In this document: positions 20,801 through 35,800 of the stretch, one piece after another
Position numbering within the stretch: position 1 is the stretch's first letter
How the letters are laid out: each line of letters starts with the position of its first letter
NCBI GenBank assembly: GCA_964016885.1
Contig: OZ024743.1
Location: 339,264,001 to 339,328,000, forward strand
Source of the DNA: Eledone cirrhosa
Lineage: Eukaryota
DNA length: 64,000 bases
Direction of reading: 5' to 3'
Notes under the pieces: generated by a model
The model's input: only the letters and a program-made list of their open reading frames with translations
The model's database searches: none
What the model was told of the DNA's origin: nothing
Translations under genes and position numbers: made by a program

Positions 20801-23800
20801 GGAGCTGAGAGTCTATATCTCTATTACATACACTCCTGCACTCTACCAAGTGGAGCTGGAAGTCTATATCTCTCTTACATATACTCCTGCACTCTACCAA
20901 GTGGAGCTGGAGGTCTATATCTCTCTTACATACACTCCTGCATTCTACCAAGTGGAGTTGTGGGTCTATATCTCTTTTACATACACTCCTGCACTCTACC
21001 AAGTGGAGCTGGGGTTCTATATCTCTTACATACAATCCTGCCCTCTACCAAGTGGAGTTGGGAGGTTCTATCTCTCTTACATACACTCCTGAACTCTACC
21101 AAGTGGAGCTGGGGTTCTATATCTCCCTTACATACACTCCTGCACTCTACCAAGTGGAGCTGGGAGTCTATATCTCTTACATACACTTCTGCACTCTACC
21201 AAGTGGAGCTGGGAGTCTATATCTCTATTACATACACTCCTGCACTCTACCAAGTGGAGCTGGGAGTCTATATCTCTCTTACATACACTCCTGCACTCTA
21301 CCAAGTGGAGCTGGGAGTCTATATCTCTCTTACATACACTCCTTCACTCTACCAAGTGGAGCTGGGGTTCTATATATCTTACATACAATCCTTCCCTCTA
21401 CCAAGTGGAGTTGGGGGGTTCTATCTCTCTTACATACACTCCTGAACTCTACCAAGTGGAGCTGGGGTTCTATATCTCCCTTACATACACTCCTGCACTC
21501 TACCAAGTGGAGCTGGGAGTCTATATCTCTTACATACCCTTCTGCACTCTACCAAGTGGAGCTGGGAGTCTATATCTCTCTTACATACACTCCTTCACTC
21601 TACCAAGTGGAGTTGGGAGTCTATATATCTCTTACATACACTCCTGCACTCTACCAAGTGGAGATGGGGTTCTATATCTCTCTTACATACACTCCTACAC
21701 TCTACCAAGTGGAGTTTGGAATCTATATCTCTCTTACATACACTCCTGCACTCTACCAAGTGGAGCTGGGAGTCTATATCTCTATTACATACACTCCTGC
21801 ACTCTACCAAGTGGAGCTGGAGGTCTATATCTCTCTTACATACACTCCGGCACTCTACCAAGTGGAGTTGTGGGTCTATATCTCTTTTACATACACTCCT
21901 GCACTCTACCAAGTGGAGCTGGGGTTCTATATATCTTACATACAATCCTGCCCTCTACCAAGTGGAGTTGGGGGGTTCTATCTCTCTTACATACACTCCT
22001 GAACTCTACCAAGTGGAGCTGGGGTTCTATATCTCCCTTACATACACTCCTGCACTCTACCAAGTGGAGCTGGGAGTCTATATCTCTTACATACCCTTCT
22101 GCACTCTACCAAGTGGAGCTGGGAGTCTATATCTCTCTTACATACACTCCTGCACTCTACCAAGTGGAGCTGGGAGTCTATATCTCTCTTACATACACTC
22201 CTTCACTCTACCAAGTGGAGTTGGGAGTCTATATTTCTCTTACATACACTCCTGCACTCTACCAAGTGGAGTTGCGGGGTCTATATCTCTCTTACATACA
22301 CTCCTGCACTCTACCAAGTGGAGTTGGGGGTCTATATCTCTCTTACATACACTCCTGCACTCTACCAAGTGGAACTGGGGTCTATATATCTCTTACATAC
22401 ACTCCTGCACTCTACCAAGTGGAGCTGGGGGTTTATATCTCTCTTACATACACTCCTGCACTCTACCAAGTGGAGTTGGGGGTCTATATCTCTTACATAC
22501 AATCCTGCCCTATACCAAGTGGAGTTGGGGGGTTCTATCTCTCTTACATACACTCCTGCACTCTACCAAGTGGAGTTGGGGGTCTATATATCTCTTACAT
22601 ACACTCCTGCACTCTACCAAGTGGAGTTGGGGGTCTATATCTCACTTACATACACTTATGCACTCTACCAAGTGGAACTGGGGTTCTATATTTCTCTTAC
22701 ATACACTCCTTCACTCTACCAAGTGGAGTTGGGGGTCTATATCTCTTACATACAATCCTGCCCTCTACCAAGTGGAGTTGGGGGGTTCTATCTCTCTTAC
22801 ATACACTCCTGCACTCTACCAAGTGGAGCTGGGAGTGTATATCTCTCTTACATACACTCCTGCACTCTACCAAGTGGAGCTGGGAGTCTATATCTCTCTT
22901 ACATACACTCCTGCACTCTACCAAGTGGAGTTGGGGGTCTATATCTCTCTTACATACACTCCTGCACTCTACCAAGTGGAGTTGGGGGGTCTATATCTCT
23001 CTTACATACACTCCTGCACTCTACCAAGTGGAGTTGGGGGTCTATATCTCTCTTACGTACACTCCTGCACTCTACCAAGTGGAACTGGGGTCTATATATC
23101 TCTTACATACACTTCTGCACTCTACCAAGTGGAGCTGGGGTCTATATATCTCTTACATACACTCCTGCACTCTACCAAGTGGAGCTGGGGTCTATATCTC
23201 TCTTACATACACTCCTGCACTCTACCAAGTGGAGTTGGGAGTCTATATCTCTCTTACATACACTCCTGCACTCTACCAAGTAGAGTTGGGGTCTATATCT
23301 CACTAACATACACTCCTGCACTCTACCAAGTGGAGCTGGGAGTCTATATCTCTCTTACATACACTCCTGCACTCTACCAAGTGGAGCTGGGAGTCTATAT
23401 CTCTCTTACATACACTCCTTCACTCTACCAAGTGGAGCTGGGAGTCTATATTTCTCTTACATACACTCCTGCACTCTACCAAGTGGAGTTGCGGGGTCTA
23501 TATCTCTCTTACATACACTCCTGCACTCTACCAAGTGTAGCTGGGAGTCTATATCTCTTACATACACACCTGCACTGTACCAAGTGGAGTTGGGGGTCTA
23601 TATCTCTCTTACATACACTCCTGCACTCTACCAAGTGGAGCTGGGGCTTTATATCTCTCTTACATACACTCCTGCACTCTACCAAGTGGAGTTGGGGGTC
23701 TATATATCTCTTACATACACTCCTGCACTCTACCAAGTGGAGTTGGGGGTCTATATCTCGCTTACATACACTTCTGCACTCTACCAAGTGGAACTGGGGT

Positions 23801-26800
23801 TCTATATTTCTCTTACATACACTCCTTCACTCTACCAAGTGGAGTTGGGGGTCTATATCTCTTACATACAATCCTGCCCTCTACCAAGTGGAGTTGGGGG
23901 GTTCTATCTCTCTTACATACACTCCTGCACTCTACCAAGTGGAGCTGAGAGTCTATATCTCTATTACATACACTCCTGCACTCTACCAAGTGGAGCTGGA
24001 AGTCTATATCTCTCTTACATATACTCCTGCACTCTACCAAGTGGAGCTGGAGGTCTATATCTCTCTTACATACACTCCTGCATTCTACCAAGTGGAGTTG
24101 TGGGTCTATATCTCTTTTACATACACTCCTGCACTCTACCAAGTGGAGCTGGGGTTCTATATCTCTTACATACAATCCTGCCCTCTACCAAGTGGAGTTG
24201 GGAGGTTCTATCTCTCTTACATACACTCCTGAACTCTACCAAGTGGAGCTGGGGTTCTATATCTCCCTTACATACACTCCTGCACTCTACCAAGTGGAGC
24301 TGGGAGTCTATATCTCTTACATACACTTCTGCACTCTACCAAGTGGAGCTGGGAGTCTATATCTCTATTACATACACTCCTGCACTCTACCAAGTGGAGC
24401 TGGGAGTCTATATCTCTCTTACATACACTCCTGCACTCTACCAAGTGGAGCTGGGAGTCTATATCTCTCTTACATACACTCCTTCACTCTACCAAGTGGA
24501 GCTGGGGTTCTATATATCTTACATACAATCCTTCCCTCTACCAAGTGGAGTTGGGGGGTTCTATCTCTCTTACATACACTCCTGAACTCTACCAAGTGGA
24601 GCTGGGGTTCTATATCTCCCTTACATACACTCCTGCACTCTACCAAGTGGAGCTGGGAGTCTATATCTCTTACATACCCTTCTGCACTCTACCAAGTGGA
24701 GCTGGGAGTCTATATCTCTATTACATACACTCCTTCACTCTACCAAGTGGAGTTGGGAGTCTATATATCTCTTACATACACTCCTGCACTCTACCAAGTG
24801 GAGATGGGGTTCTATATCTCTCTTACATACACTCCTACACTCTACCAAGTGGAGTTTGGAATCTATATCTCTCTTACATACACTCCTGCACTCTACCAAG
24901 TGGAGCTGGGAGTCTATATCTCTATTACATACACTCCTGCACTCTACCAAGTGGAGCTGGAGGTCTATATCTCTCTTACATACACTCCGGCACTCTACCA
25001 AGTGGAGTTGTGGGTCTATATCTCTTTTACATACACTCCTGCACTCTACCAAGTGGAGCTGGGGTTCTATATCTCTCTTACATACACTCCTGCACTCTAC
25101 CAAGTGGAGCTGGGGTTCTATATATCTTACATACAATCCTGCCCTCTACCAAGTGGAGTTGGGGGGTTCTATCTCTCTTACATACACTCCTGAACTCTAC
25201 CAAGTGGAGCTGGGGTTCTATATCTCCCTTACATACACTCCTGCACTCTACCAAGTGGAGCTGGGAGTCTATATCTCTTACATACCCTTCTGCACTCTAC
25301 CAAGTGGAGCTGGGAGTCTATATCTCTCTTACATACACTCCTGCACTCTACCAAGTGGAGCTGGGAGTCTATATCTCTCTTACATACACTCCTTCACTCT
25401 ACCAAGTGGAGTTGGGAGTCTATATTTCTCTTACATACACTCCTGCACTCTACCAAGTGGAGTTGCGGGGTCTATATCTCTCTTACATACACTCCTGCAC
25501 TCTACCAAGTGGAGTTGGGGGTCTATATCTCTCTTACATACACTCCTGCACTCTACCAAGTGGAACTGGGGTCTATATATCTCTTACATACACTCCTGCA
25601 CTCTACCAAGTGGAGCTGGGGGTTTATATCTCTCTTACATACACTCCTGCACTCTACCAAGTGGAGTTGGGGGTCTATATCTCTTACATACAATCCTGCC
25701 CTATACCAAGTGGAGTTGGGGGGTTCTATCTCTCTTACATACACTCCTGCACTCTACCAAGTGGAGTTGGGGGTCTATATATCTCTTACATACACTCCTG
25801 CACTCTACCAAGTGGAGTTGGGGGTCTATATCTCACTTACATACACTTATGCACTCTACCAAGTGGAACTGGGGTTCTATATTTCTCTTACATACACTCC
25901 TTCACTCTACCAAGTGGAGTTGGGGGTCTATATCTCTTACATACAATCCTGCCCTCTACCAAGTGGAGTTGGGGGGTTCTATCTCTCTTACATACACTCC
26001 TGCACTCTACCAAGTGGAGCTGGGAGTCTATATTTCTCTTACATACACTCCTGCACTCTACCAAGTGGAGCTGGGAGTCTATATCTCTCTTACATACACT
26101 CCTGCACTCTACCAAGTGGAGTTGGGGGTCTATATCTCTCTTACATACACTCCTGCACTCTACCAAGTGGAGTTGGGGGGTCTATATCTCTCTTACATAC
26201 ACTCCTGCACTCTACCAAGTGGAGTTGGGGGTCTATATCTCTCTTACGTACACTCCTGCACTCTACCAAGTGGAACTGGGGTCTATATATCTCTTACATA
26301 CACTTCTGCACTCTACCAAGTGGAGCTGGGGTCTATATATCTCTTACATACACTCCTGCACTCTACCAAGTGGAGCTGGGGTTTATATCTCTCTTACATA
26401 CACTCCTGCACTCTACCAAGTGGAGTTGGGAGTCTATATCTCTCTTACATACACTCCTGCACTCTACCAAGTGGAGCTGGGGTCTATATATCTCTTACAT
26501 ACACTCCTGCACTCTACCAAGTGGAGCTGGAGGTCTATATATCTCTTACATACACTCCTGCACTCTACCAAGTGGAGATGGGGTTCTATATCTCTCTTAC
26601 ATACACTCCTACACTCTACCAAGTGGAGTTTAGAATCTATATCTCTCTTACATACACTCCTGCACTCTACCAAGTGGAGCTGAGAGTCTATATCTCTCTT
26701 ACATACACTCCTGCACTCTACCAAGTGGAGCTGGGAGTCTATATCTCTCTTACATACACTCCTTCACTCTACCAAGTGGAGCTGGGAGTCTATATCTCTT

Positions 26801-29800
26801 ACATACACTCCTGCACTCTACCAAGTGGAGCTGGGAGTCTATATCTCTTACATACACTTCTGCACTCTACCAAGTGGAGCTGGGGGTCTATATCTCACTT
26901 ACATACACTTCTGCACTCTACCAAGTGGAACTGGGTTCTATATTTCTCTTACATACACTCCTTCACTCTACCAAGTGGAGTTGGGGGTCTATATCTCTTA
27001 CATACAATCCTGCCCTCTACCAAGTGGAGTTGGGGGGTTCTATCTCTCTTACATACACTCCTGCACTCTACCAAGTGGAGTTGGGAGTCTATATCTGTCT
27101 TACATACACTCCTGCACTCTACCAAGTGGAGCTGGAGTCTATATATCTCTTACATACACTCCTGCACTCTACCAAGTGGAGATGGGGTTCTATATCTCTC
27201 TTACATACACTCCTGCACTCTACCAACTAGAGTTGGGGGGTCTATATCTCTCTTACATACACTTCTGCACTCTACCAAGTGGAGTTGGGGGGTCTATATC
27301 TCTTACATACACTCCTGCACTCTACCAAGTGGAGTTGGGGGTCTATATCTCTTACATACACTCCTGCACTCTACCAAGTGGAGCTGGGGTCTATATCTCT
27401 CTTACATACACTCCTGCACTCTACCAAGTGGAGTTGGGAGTCTATATCTCTCTTACATACACTCCTGCACTCTACCAAGTAGAGTTGGGGTCTATATCTC
27501 ACTAACATACACTCCTGCACTCTACCAAGTGGAGCTGGGAGTCTATATCTCTCTTACATACACTCCTGCACTCTACCAAGTGGAGCTGGGAGTCTATATC
27601 TCTCTTACATACACTCCTTCACTCTACCAAGTGGAGCTGGGAGTCTATATTTCTCTTACATACACTCCTGCACTCTACCAAGTGGAGTTGCGGGGTCTAT
27701 ATCTCTCTTACATACACTCCTGCACTCTACCAAGTGTAGCTGGGAGTCTATATCTCTTACATACACACCTGCACTCTACCAAGTGGAGTTGGGGGTCTAT
27801 ATCTCTCTTACATACACTCCTGCACTCTACCAAGTGCAGCTGGGGCTTTATATCTCTCTTACATACACTCCTGCACTCTACCAAGTGGAGTTGGGGGTCT
27901 ATATATCTCTTACATACACTCCTGCACTCTACCAAGTGGAGTTGGGGGTCTATATCTCGCTTACATACACTTCTGCACTCTACCAAGTGGAACTGGGGTT
28001 CTATATTTCTCTTACATACACTCCTTCACTCTACCAAGTGGAGTTGGGGGTCTATATCTCTTACATACAATCCTGCCCTCTACCAAGTGGAGTTGGGGGG
28101 TTCTATCTCTCTTACATACACTCCTGCACTCTACCAAGTGGAGCTGGGAGTCTATATCTCTCTTACATACACTCCTGCACTCTACCAAGTGGAGCTGGGA
28201 GTCTATATCTCTCTTACATACACTCCTGCACTCTACCAAGTGGAGTTGGGGGTCTATATCTCTCTTACATACACTCCTGCACTCTACCAAGTGGAGTTGG
28301 GGGGGTCTATATCTCTCTTACATACACTCCTGCACTCTACCAAGTGGAGTTGGGGGTCTATATCTCTCTTACATACACTCCTGCACTCTACCAAGTGGAA
28401 CTGGGGTCTATATATCTCTTACATACACTCCTGCACTCTACCAAGTGGAGCTGGGGCTTTATATCTCTCTTACATACACTCCTGCACTCTACCAAGTGGA
28501 GCTGGGAGTCTATATCTCTCTTACATACACTCCTGCACTCTACCAAGTGGAGCTGGGAGTCTATATCTCTCTTACATACACTCCTGCACTCTACCAAGTG
28601 GAGTTGGGGGTCTATATCTCTCTTACATACACTCCTGCACTCTACCAAGTGGAGTTGGGGGGTCTATATCTCTCTTACATACACTCCTGCACTCTACCAA
28701 GTGGAGTTGGGGGTCTATATCTCTCTTATGTACACTCCTGCACTCTACCAAGTGGAACTGGGGTCTATATATCTCTTACATACACTTCTGCACTCTACCA
28801 AGTGGAGCTGGGGTCTATATATCTCTTACATACACTCCTGCACTCTACCAAGTGGAGCTGGGGTCTATATCTCTCTTACATACACTCCTGCACTCTACCA
28901 AGTGGAGTTGGGAGTCTATATCTCTCTTACATACACTCCTGCACTCTACCAAGTAGAGTTGGGGTCTATATCTCACTAACATACACTCCTGCACTCTACC
29001 AAGTGGAGCTGGGAGTCTATATCTCTCTTACATACACTCCTGCACTCTACCAAGTGGAGCTGGGAGTCTATATCTCTCTTACATACACTCCTTCACTCTA
29101 CCAAGTGGAGCTGGGAGTCTATATTTCTCTTACATACACTCCTGCACTCTACCAAGTGGAGTTGCGGGGTCTATATCTCTCTTACATACACTCCTGCACT
29201 CTACCAAGTGTAGCTGGGAGTCTATATCTCTTACATACACACCTGCACTCTACCAAGTGGAGTTGGGGGTCTATATCTCTCTTACATACACTCCTGCACT
29301 CTACCAAGTGGAGCTGGGGCTTTATATCTCTCTTACATACACTCCTGCACTCTACCAAGTGGAGTTGGGGGTCTATATATCTCTTACATACACTCCTGCA
29401 CTCTACCAAGTGGAGTTGGGGGTCTATATCTCGCTTACATACACTTCTGCACTCTACCAAGTGGAACTGGGGTTCTATATTTCTCTTACATACACTCCTT
29501 CACTCTACCAAGTGGAGTTGGGGGTCTATATCTCTTACATACAATCCTGCCCTCTACCAAGTGGAGTTGGGGGGTTCTATCTCTCTTACATACACTCCTG
29601 CACTCTACCAAGTGGAGCTGGGAGTCTATATCTCTCTTACATACACTCCTGCACTCTACCAAGTGGAGCTGGGAGTCTATATCTCTCTTACATACACTCC
29701 TGCACTCTACCAAGTGGAGTTGGGGGTCTATATCTCTCTTACATACACTCCTGCACTCTACCAAGTGGAGTTGGGGGGGTCTATATCTCTCTTACATACA

Positions 29801-32800
29801 CTCCTGCACTCTACCAAGTGGAGTTGGGGGTCTATATCTCTCTTACATACACTCCTGCACTCTACCAAGTGGAACTGGGGTCTATATATCTCTTACATAC
29901 ACTCCTGCACTCTACCAAGTGGAGCTGGGGCTTTATATCTCTCTTACATACACTCCTGCACTCTACCAAGTGGAGTTGGGGTTCTATATCTCTCTTACAT
30001 ACACTCCTGCACTCTACCAAGTGGAGCTGAGAGTCTATATCTCTATTACATACACTCCTGCACTCTACCAAGTGGAGTTGGGGGTCTATATCTCTCTTAC
30101 ATACACTCCTGCACTCTACCAAGTGGAGTTGGGGGGGTCTATATCTCTCTTACATACACTCCTGCACTCTACCAAGTGGAGTTGGGGGTCTATATCTCTC
30201 TTACATACACTCCTGCACTCTACCAAGTGGAGCTGGGGTTCTATATCTCTTACATACAATCCTGCCCTCTACCAAGTGGAGTTGGGAGGTTCTATCTCTC
30301 TTACATACACTCCTGAACTCTACCAAGTGGAGCTGGGGTTCTATATCTCCCTTACATACACTCCTGCACTCTACCAAGTGGAGCTGGGAGTCTATATCTC
30401 TTACATACACTTCTGCACTCTACCAAGTGGAGCTGGGAGTCTATATCTCTATTACATACACTCCTGCACTCTACCAAGTGTAGCTGGGAGTCTATATCTC
30501 TTACATACACACCTGCACTCTACCAAGTGGAGTTGGGGGTCTATATCTCTCTTACATACACTCCTGCACTCTACCAAGTGGAGCTGGGGCTTTATATCTC
30601 TCTTACATACACTCCTGCACTCTACCAAGTGGAGTTGGGGGTCTATATATCTCTTACATACACTCCTGCACTCTACCAAGTGGAGTTGGGGGTCTATATC
30701 TCGCTTACATACACTTCTGCACTCTACCAAGTGGAACTGGGGTTCTATATTTCTCTTACATACACTCCTTCACTCTACCAAGTGGAGTTGGGGGTCTATA
30801 TCTCTTACATACAATCCTGCCCTCTACCAAGTGGAGTTGGGGGGTTCTATCTCTCTTACATACACTCCTGCACTCTACCAAGTGGAGCTGGGAGTCTATA
30901 TCTCTCTTACATACACTCCTGCACTCTACCAAGTGGAGCTGGGAGTCTATATCTCTCTTACATACACTCCTGCACTCTACCAAGTGGAGTTGGGGTTCTA
31001 TATCTCTCTTACATACACTCCTGCACTCTACCAAGTGGAGCTGAGAGTCTATATCTCTATTACATACACTCCTGCACTCTACCAAGTGGAGTTGGGGGTC
31101 TATATCTCTCTTACATACACTCCTGCACTCTACCAAGTGGAGCTGAGAGTCTATATCTCTATTACATACACTCCTGCACTCTACCAAGTGGAGTTGGGGG
31201 TCTATATCTCTCTTACATACACTCCTGCACTCTACCAAGTGGAGTTGGGGGGGTCTATATCTCTCTTACATACACTCCTGCACTCTACCAAGTGGAGTTG
31301 GGGGTCTATATCTCTCTTACATACACTCCTGCACTCTACCAAGTGGAGCTGGGGTTCTATATCTCTTACATACAATCCTGCCCTCTACCAAGTGGAGTTG
31401 GGAGGTTCTATCTCTCTTACATACACTCCTGAACTCTACCAAGTGGAGCTGGGGTTCTATATCTCCCTTACATACACTCCTGCACTCTACCAAGTGGAGC
31501 TGGGAGTCTATATCTCTTACATACACTTCTGCACTCTACCAAGTGGAGCTGGGAGTCTATATCTCTATTACATACACTCCTGCACTCTACCAAGTGGAGC
31601 TGGGAGTCTATATCTCTCTTACATACACTCCTGCACTCTACCAAGTGGAGCTGGGAGTCTATATCTCTCTTACATACACTCCTTCACTCTACCAAGTGGA
31701 GCTGGGGTTCTATATATCTTACATACAATCCTTCCCTCTACCAAGTGGAGTTGGGGGGTTCTATCTCTCTTACATACACTCCTGAACTCTACCAAGTGGA
31801 GCTGGGGTTCTATATCTCCCTTACATACACTCCTGCACTCTACCAAGTGGAGCTGGGAGTCTATATCTCTTACATAACCTTCTGCACTCTACCAAGTGGA
31901 GCTGGGAGTCTATATCTCTCTTACATACACTCCTTCACTCTACCAAGTGGAGTTGGGAGTCTATATATCTCTTACATACACTCCTGCACTCTACCAAGTG
32001 GAGATGGGGTTCTATATCTCTCTTACATACACTCCTACACTCTACCAAGTGGAGTTTGGAATCTATATCTCTCTTACATACACTCCTGCACTCTACCAAG
32101 TGGAGCTGGGAGTCTATATCTCTATTACATACACTCCTGCACTCTACCAAGTGGAGCTGGAGGTCTATATCTCTCTTACATACACTCCGGCACTCTACCA
32201 AGTGGAGTTGTGGGTCTATATCTCTTTTACATACACTCCTGCACTCTACCAAGTGGAGCTGGGGTTCTATATCTCTCTTACATACACTCCTGCACTCTAC
32301 CAAGTGGAGCTGGGGTTCTATATATCTTACATACAATCCTGCCCTCTACCAAGTGGAGTTGGGGGGTTCTATCTCTCTTACATACACTCCTGAACTCTAC
32401 CAAGTGGAGCTGGGGTTCTATATCTCCCTTACATACACTCCTGCACTCTACCAAGTGGAGCTGGGAGTCTATATCTCTTACATACCCTTCTGCACTCTAC
32501 CAAGTGGAGCTGGGAGTCTATATCTCTCTTACATACACTCCTGCACTCTACCAAGTGGAGCTGGGAGTCTATATCTCTCTTACATACACTCCTTCACTCT
32601 ACCAAGTGGAGTTGGGAGTCTATATTTCTCTTACATACACTCCTGCACTCTACCAAGTGGAGTTGCGGGGTCTATATCTCTCTTACATACACTCCTGCAC
32701 TCTACCAAGTGGAGTTGGGGGTCTATATCTCTCTTACATACACTCCTGCACTCTACCAAGTGGAACTGGGGTCTATATATCTCTTACATACACTCCTGCA

Positions 32801-35800
32801 CTCTACCAAGTGGAGCTGGGGGTTTATATCTCTCTTACATACACTCCTGCACTCTACCAAGTGGAGTTGGGGGTCTATATCTCTTACATACAATCCTGCC
32901 CTATACCAAGTGGAGTTGGGGGGTTCTATCTCTCTTACATACACTCCTGCACTCTACCAAGTGGAGTTGGGGGTCTATATATCTCTTACATACACTCCTG
33001 CACTCTACCAAGTGGAGTTGGGGGTCTATATCTCACTTACATACACTTATGCACTCTACCAAGTGGAACTGGGGTTCTATATTTCTCTTACATACACTCC
33101 TTCACTCTACCAAGTGGAGTTGGGGGTCTATATCTCTTACATACAATCCTGCCCTCTACCAAGTGGAGTTGGGGGGTTCTATCTCTCTTACATACACTCC
33201 TGCACTCTACCAAGTGGAGCTGGGAGTCTATATTTCTCTTACATACACTCCTGCACTCTACCAAGTGGAGCTGGGAGTCTATATCTCTCTTACATACACT
33301 CCTGCACTCTACCAAGTGGAGTTGGGGGTCTATATCTCTCTTACATACACTCCTGCACTCTACCAAGTGGAGTTGGGGGGTCTATATCTCTCTTACATAC
33401 ACTCCTGCACTCTACCAAGTGGAGTTGGGGGTCTATATCTCTCTTACGTACACTCCTGCACTCTACCAAGTGGAACTGGGGTCTATATATCTCTTACATA
33501 CACTTCTGCACTCTACCAAGTGGAGCTGGGGTCTATATATCTCTTACATACACTCCTGCACTCTACCAAGTGGAGCTGGGGTTTATATCTCTCTTACATA
33601 CACTCCTGCACTCTACCAAGTGGAGTTGGGAGTCTATATCTCTCTTACATACACTCCTGCACTCTACCAAGTGGAGCTGGGGTCTATATATCTCTTACAT
33701 ACACTCCTGCACTCTACCAAGTGGAGCTGGAGGTCTATATATCTCTTACATACACTCCTGCACTCTACCAAGTGGAGATGGGGTTCTATATCTCTCTTAC
33801 ATACACTCCTACACTCTACCAAGTGGAGTTTAGAATCTATATCTCTCTTACATACACTCCTGCACTCTACCAAGTGGAGCTGAGAGTCTATATCTCTCTT
33901 ACATACACTCCTGCACTCTACCAAGTGGAGCTGGGAGTCTATATCTCTCTTACATACACTCCTTCACTCTACCAAGTGGAGCTGGGAGTCTATATCTCTT
34001 ACATACACTCCTGCACTCTACCAAGTGGAACTGGGGTCTATATATCTCTTACATACACTCCTGCACTCTACCAAGTGGAGCTGGGGCTTTATATCTCTCT
34101 TACATACACTCCTGCACTCTACCAAGTGGAGCTGGGAGTCTATATCTCTCTTACATACACTCCTGCACTCTACCAAGTGGAGCTGGGAGTCTATATCTCT
34201 CTTACATACACTCCTGCACTCTACCAAGTGGAGTTGGGGGTCTATATCTCTCTTACATACACTCCTGCACTCTACCAAGTGGAGTTGGGGGGTCTATATC
34301 TCTCTTACATACACTCCTGCACTCTACCAAGTGGAGTTGGGGGTCTATATCTCTCTTATGTACACTCCTGCACTCTACCAAGTGGAACTGGGGTCTATAT
34401 ATCTCTTACATACACTTCTGCACTCTACCAAGTGGAGCTGGGGTCTATATATCTCTTACATACACTCCTGCACTCTACCAAGTGGAGCTGGGGTCTATAT
34501 CTCTCTTACATACACTCCTGCACTCTACCAAGTGGAGTTGGGAGTCTATATCTCTCTTACATACACTCCTGCACTCTACCAAGTAGAGTTGGGGTCTATA
34601 TCTCACTAACATACACTCCTGCACTCTACCAAGTGGAGCTGGGAGTCTATATCTCTCTTACATACACTCCTGCACTCTACCAAGTGGAGCTGGGAGTCTA
34701 TATCTCTCTTACATACACTCCTTCACTCTACCAAGTGGAGCTGGGAGTCTATATTTCTCTTACATACACTCCTGCACTCTACCAAGTGGAGTTGCGGGGT
34801 CTATATCTCTCTTACATACACTCCTGCACTCTACCAAGTGTAGCTGGGAGTCTATATCTCTTACATACACACCTGCACTCTACCAAGTGGAGTTGGGGGT
34901 CTATATCTCTCTTACATACACTCCTGCACTCTACCAAGTGGAGCTGGGGCTTTATATCTCTCTTACATACACTCCTGCACTCTACCAAGTGGAGTTGGGG
35001 GTCTATATATCTCTTACATACACTCCTGCACTCTACCAAGTGGAGTTGGGGGTCTATATCTCGCTTACATACACTTCTGCACTCTACCAAGTGGAACTGG
35101 GGTTCTATATTTCTCTTACATACACTCCTTCACTCTACCAAGTGGAGTTGGGGGTCTATATCTCTTACATACAATCCTGCCCTCTACCAAGTGGAGTTGG
35201 GGGGTTCTATCTCTCTTACATACACTCCTGCACTCTACCAAGTGGAGCTGGGAGTCTATATCTCTCTTACATACACTCCTGCACTCTACCAAGTGGAGCT
35301 GGGAGTCTATATCTCTCTTACATACACTCCTGCACTCTACCAAGTGGAGTTGGGGGTCTATATCTCTCTTACATACACTCCTGCACTCTACCAAGTGGAG
35401 TTGGGGGGGTCTATATCTCTCTTACATACACTCCTGCACTCTACCAAGTGGAGTTGGGGGTCTATATCTCTCTTACATACACTCCTGCACTCTACCAAGT
35501 GGAACTGGGGTCTATATATCTCTTACATACACTCCTGCACTCTACCAAGTGGAGCTGGGGCTTTATATCTCTCTTACATACACTCCTGCACTCTACCAAG
35601 TGGAGTTGGGGTTCTATATCTCTCTTACATACACTCCTGCACTCTACCAAGTGGAGCTGAGAGTCTATATCTCTATTACATACACTCCTGCACTCTACCA
35701 AGTGGAGTTGGGGGTCTATATCTCTCTTACATACACTCCTGCACTCTACCAAGTGGAGTTGGGGGGGTCTATATCTCTCTTACATACACTCCTGCACTCT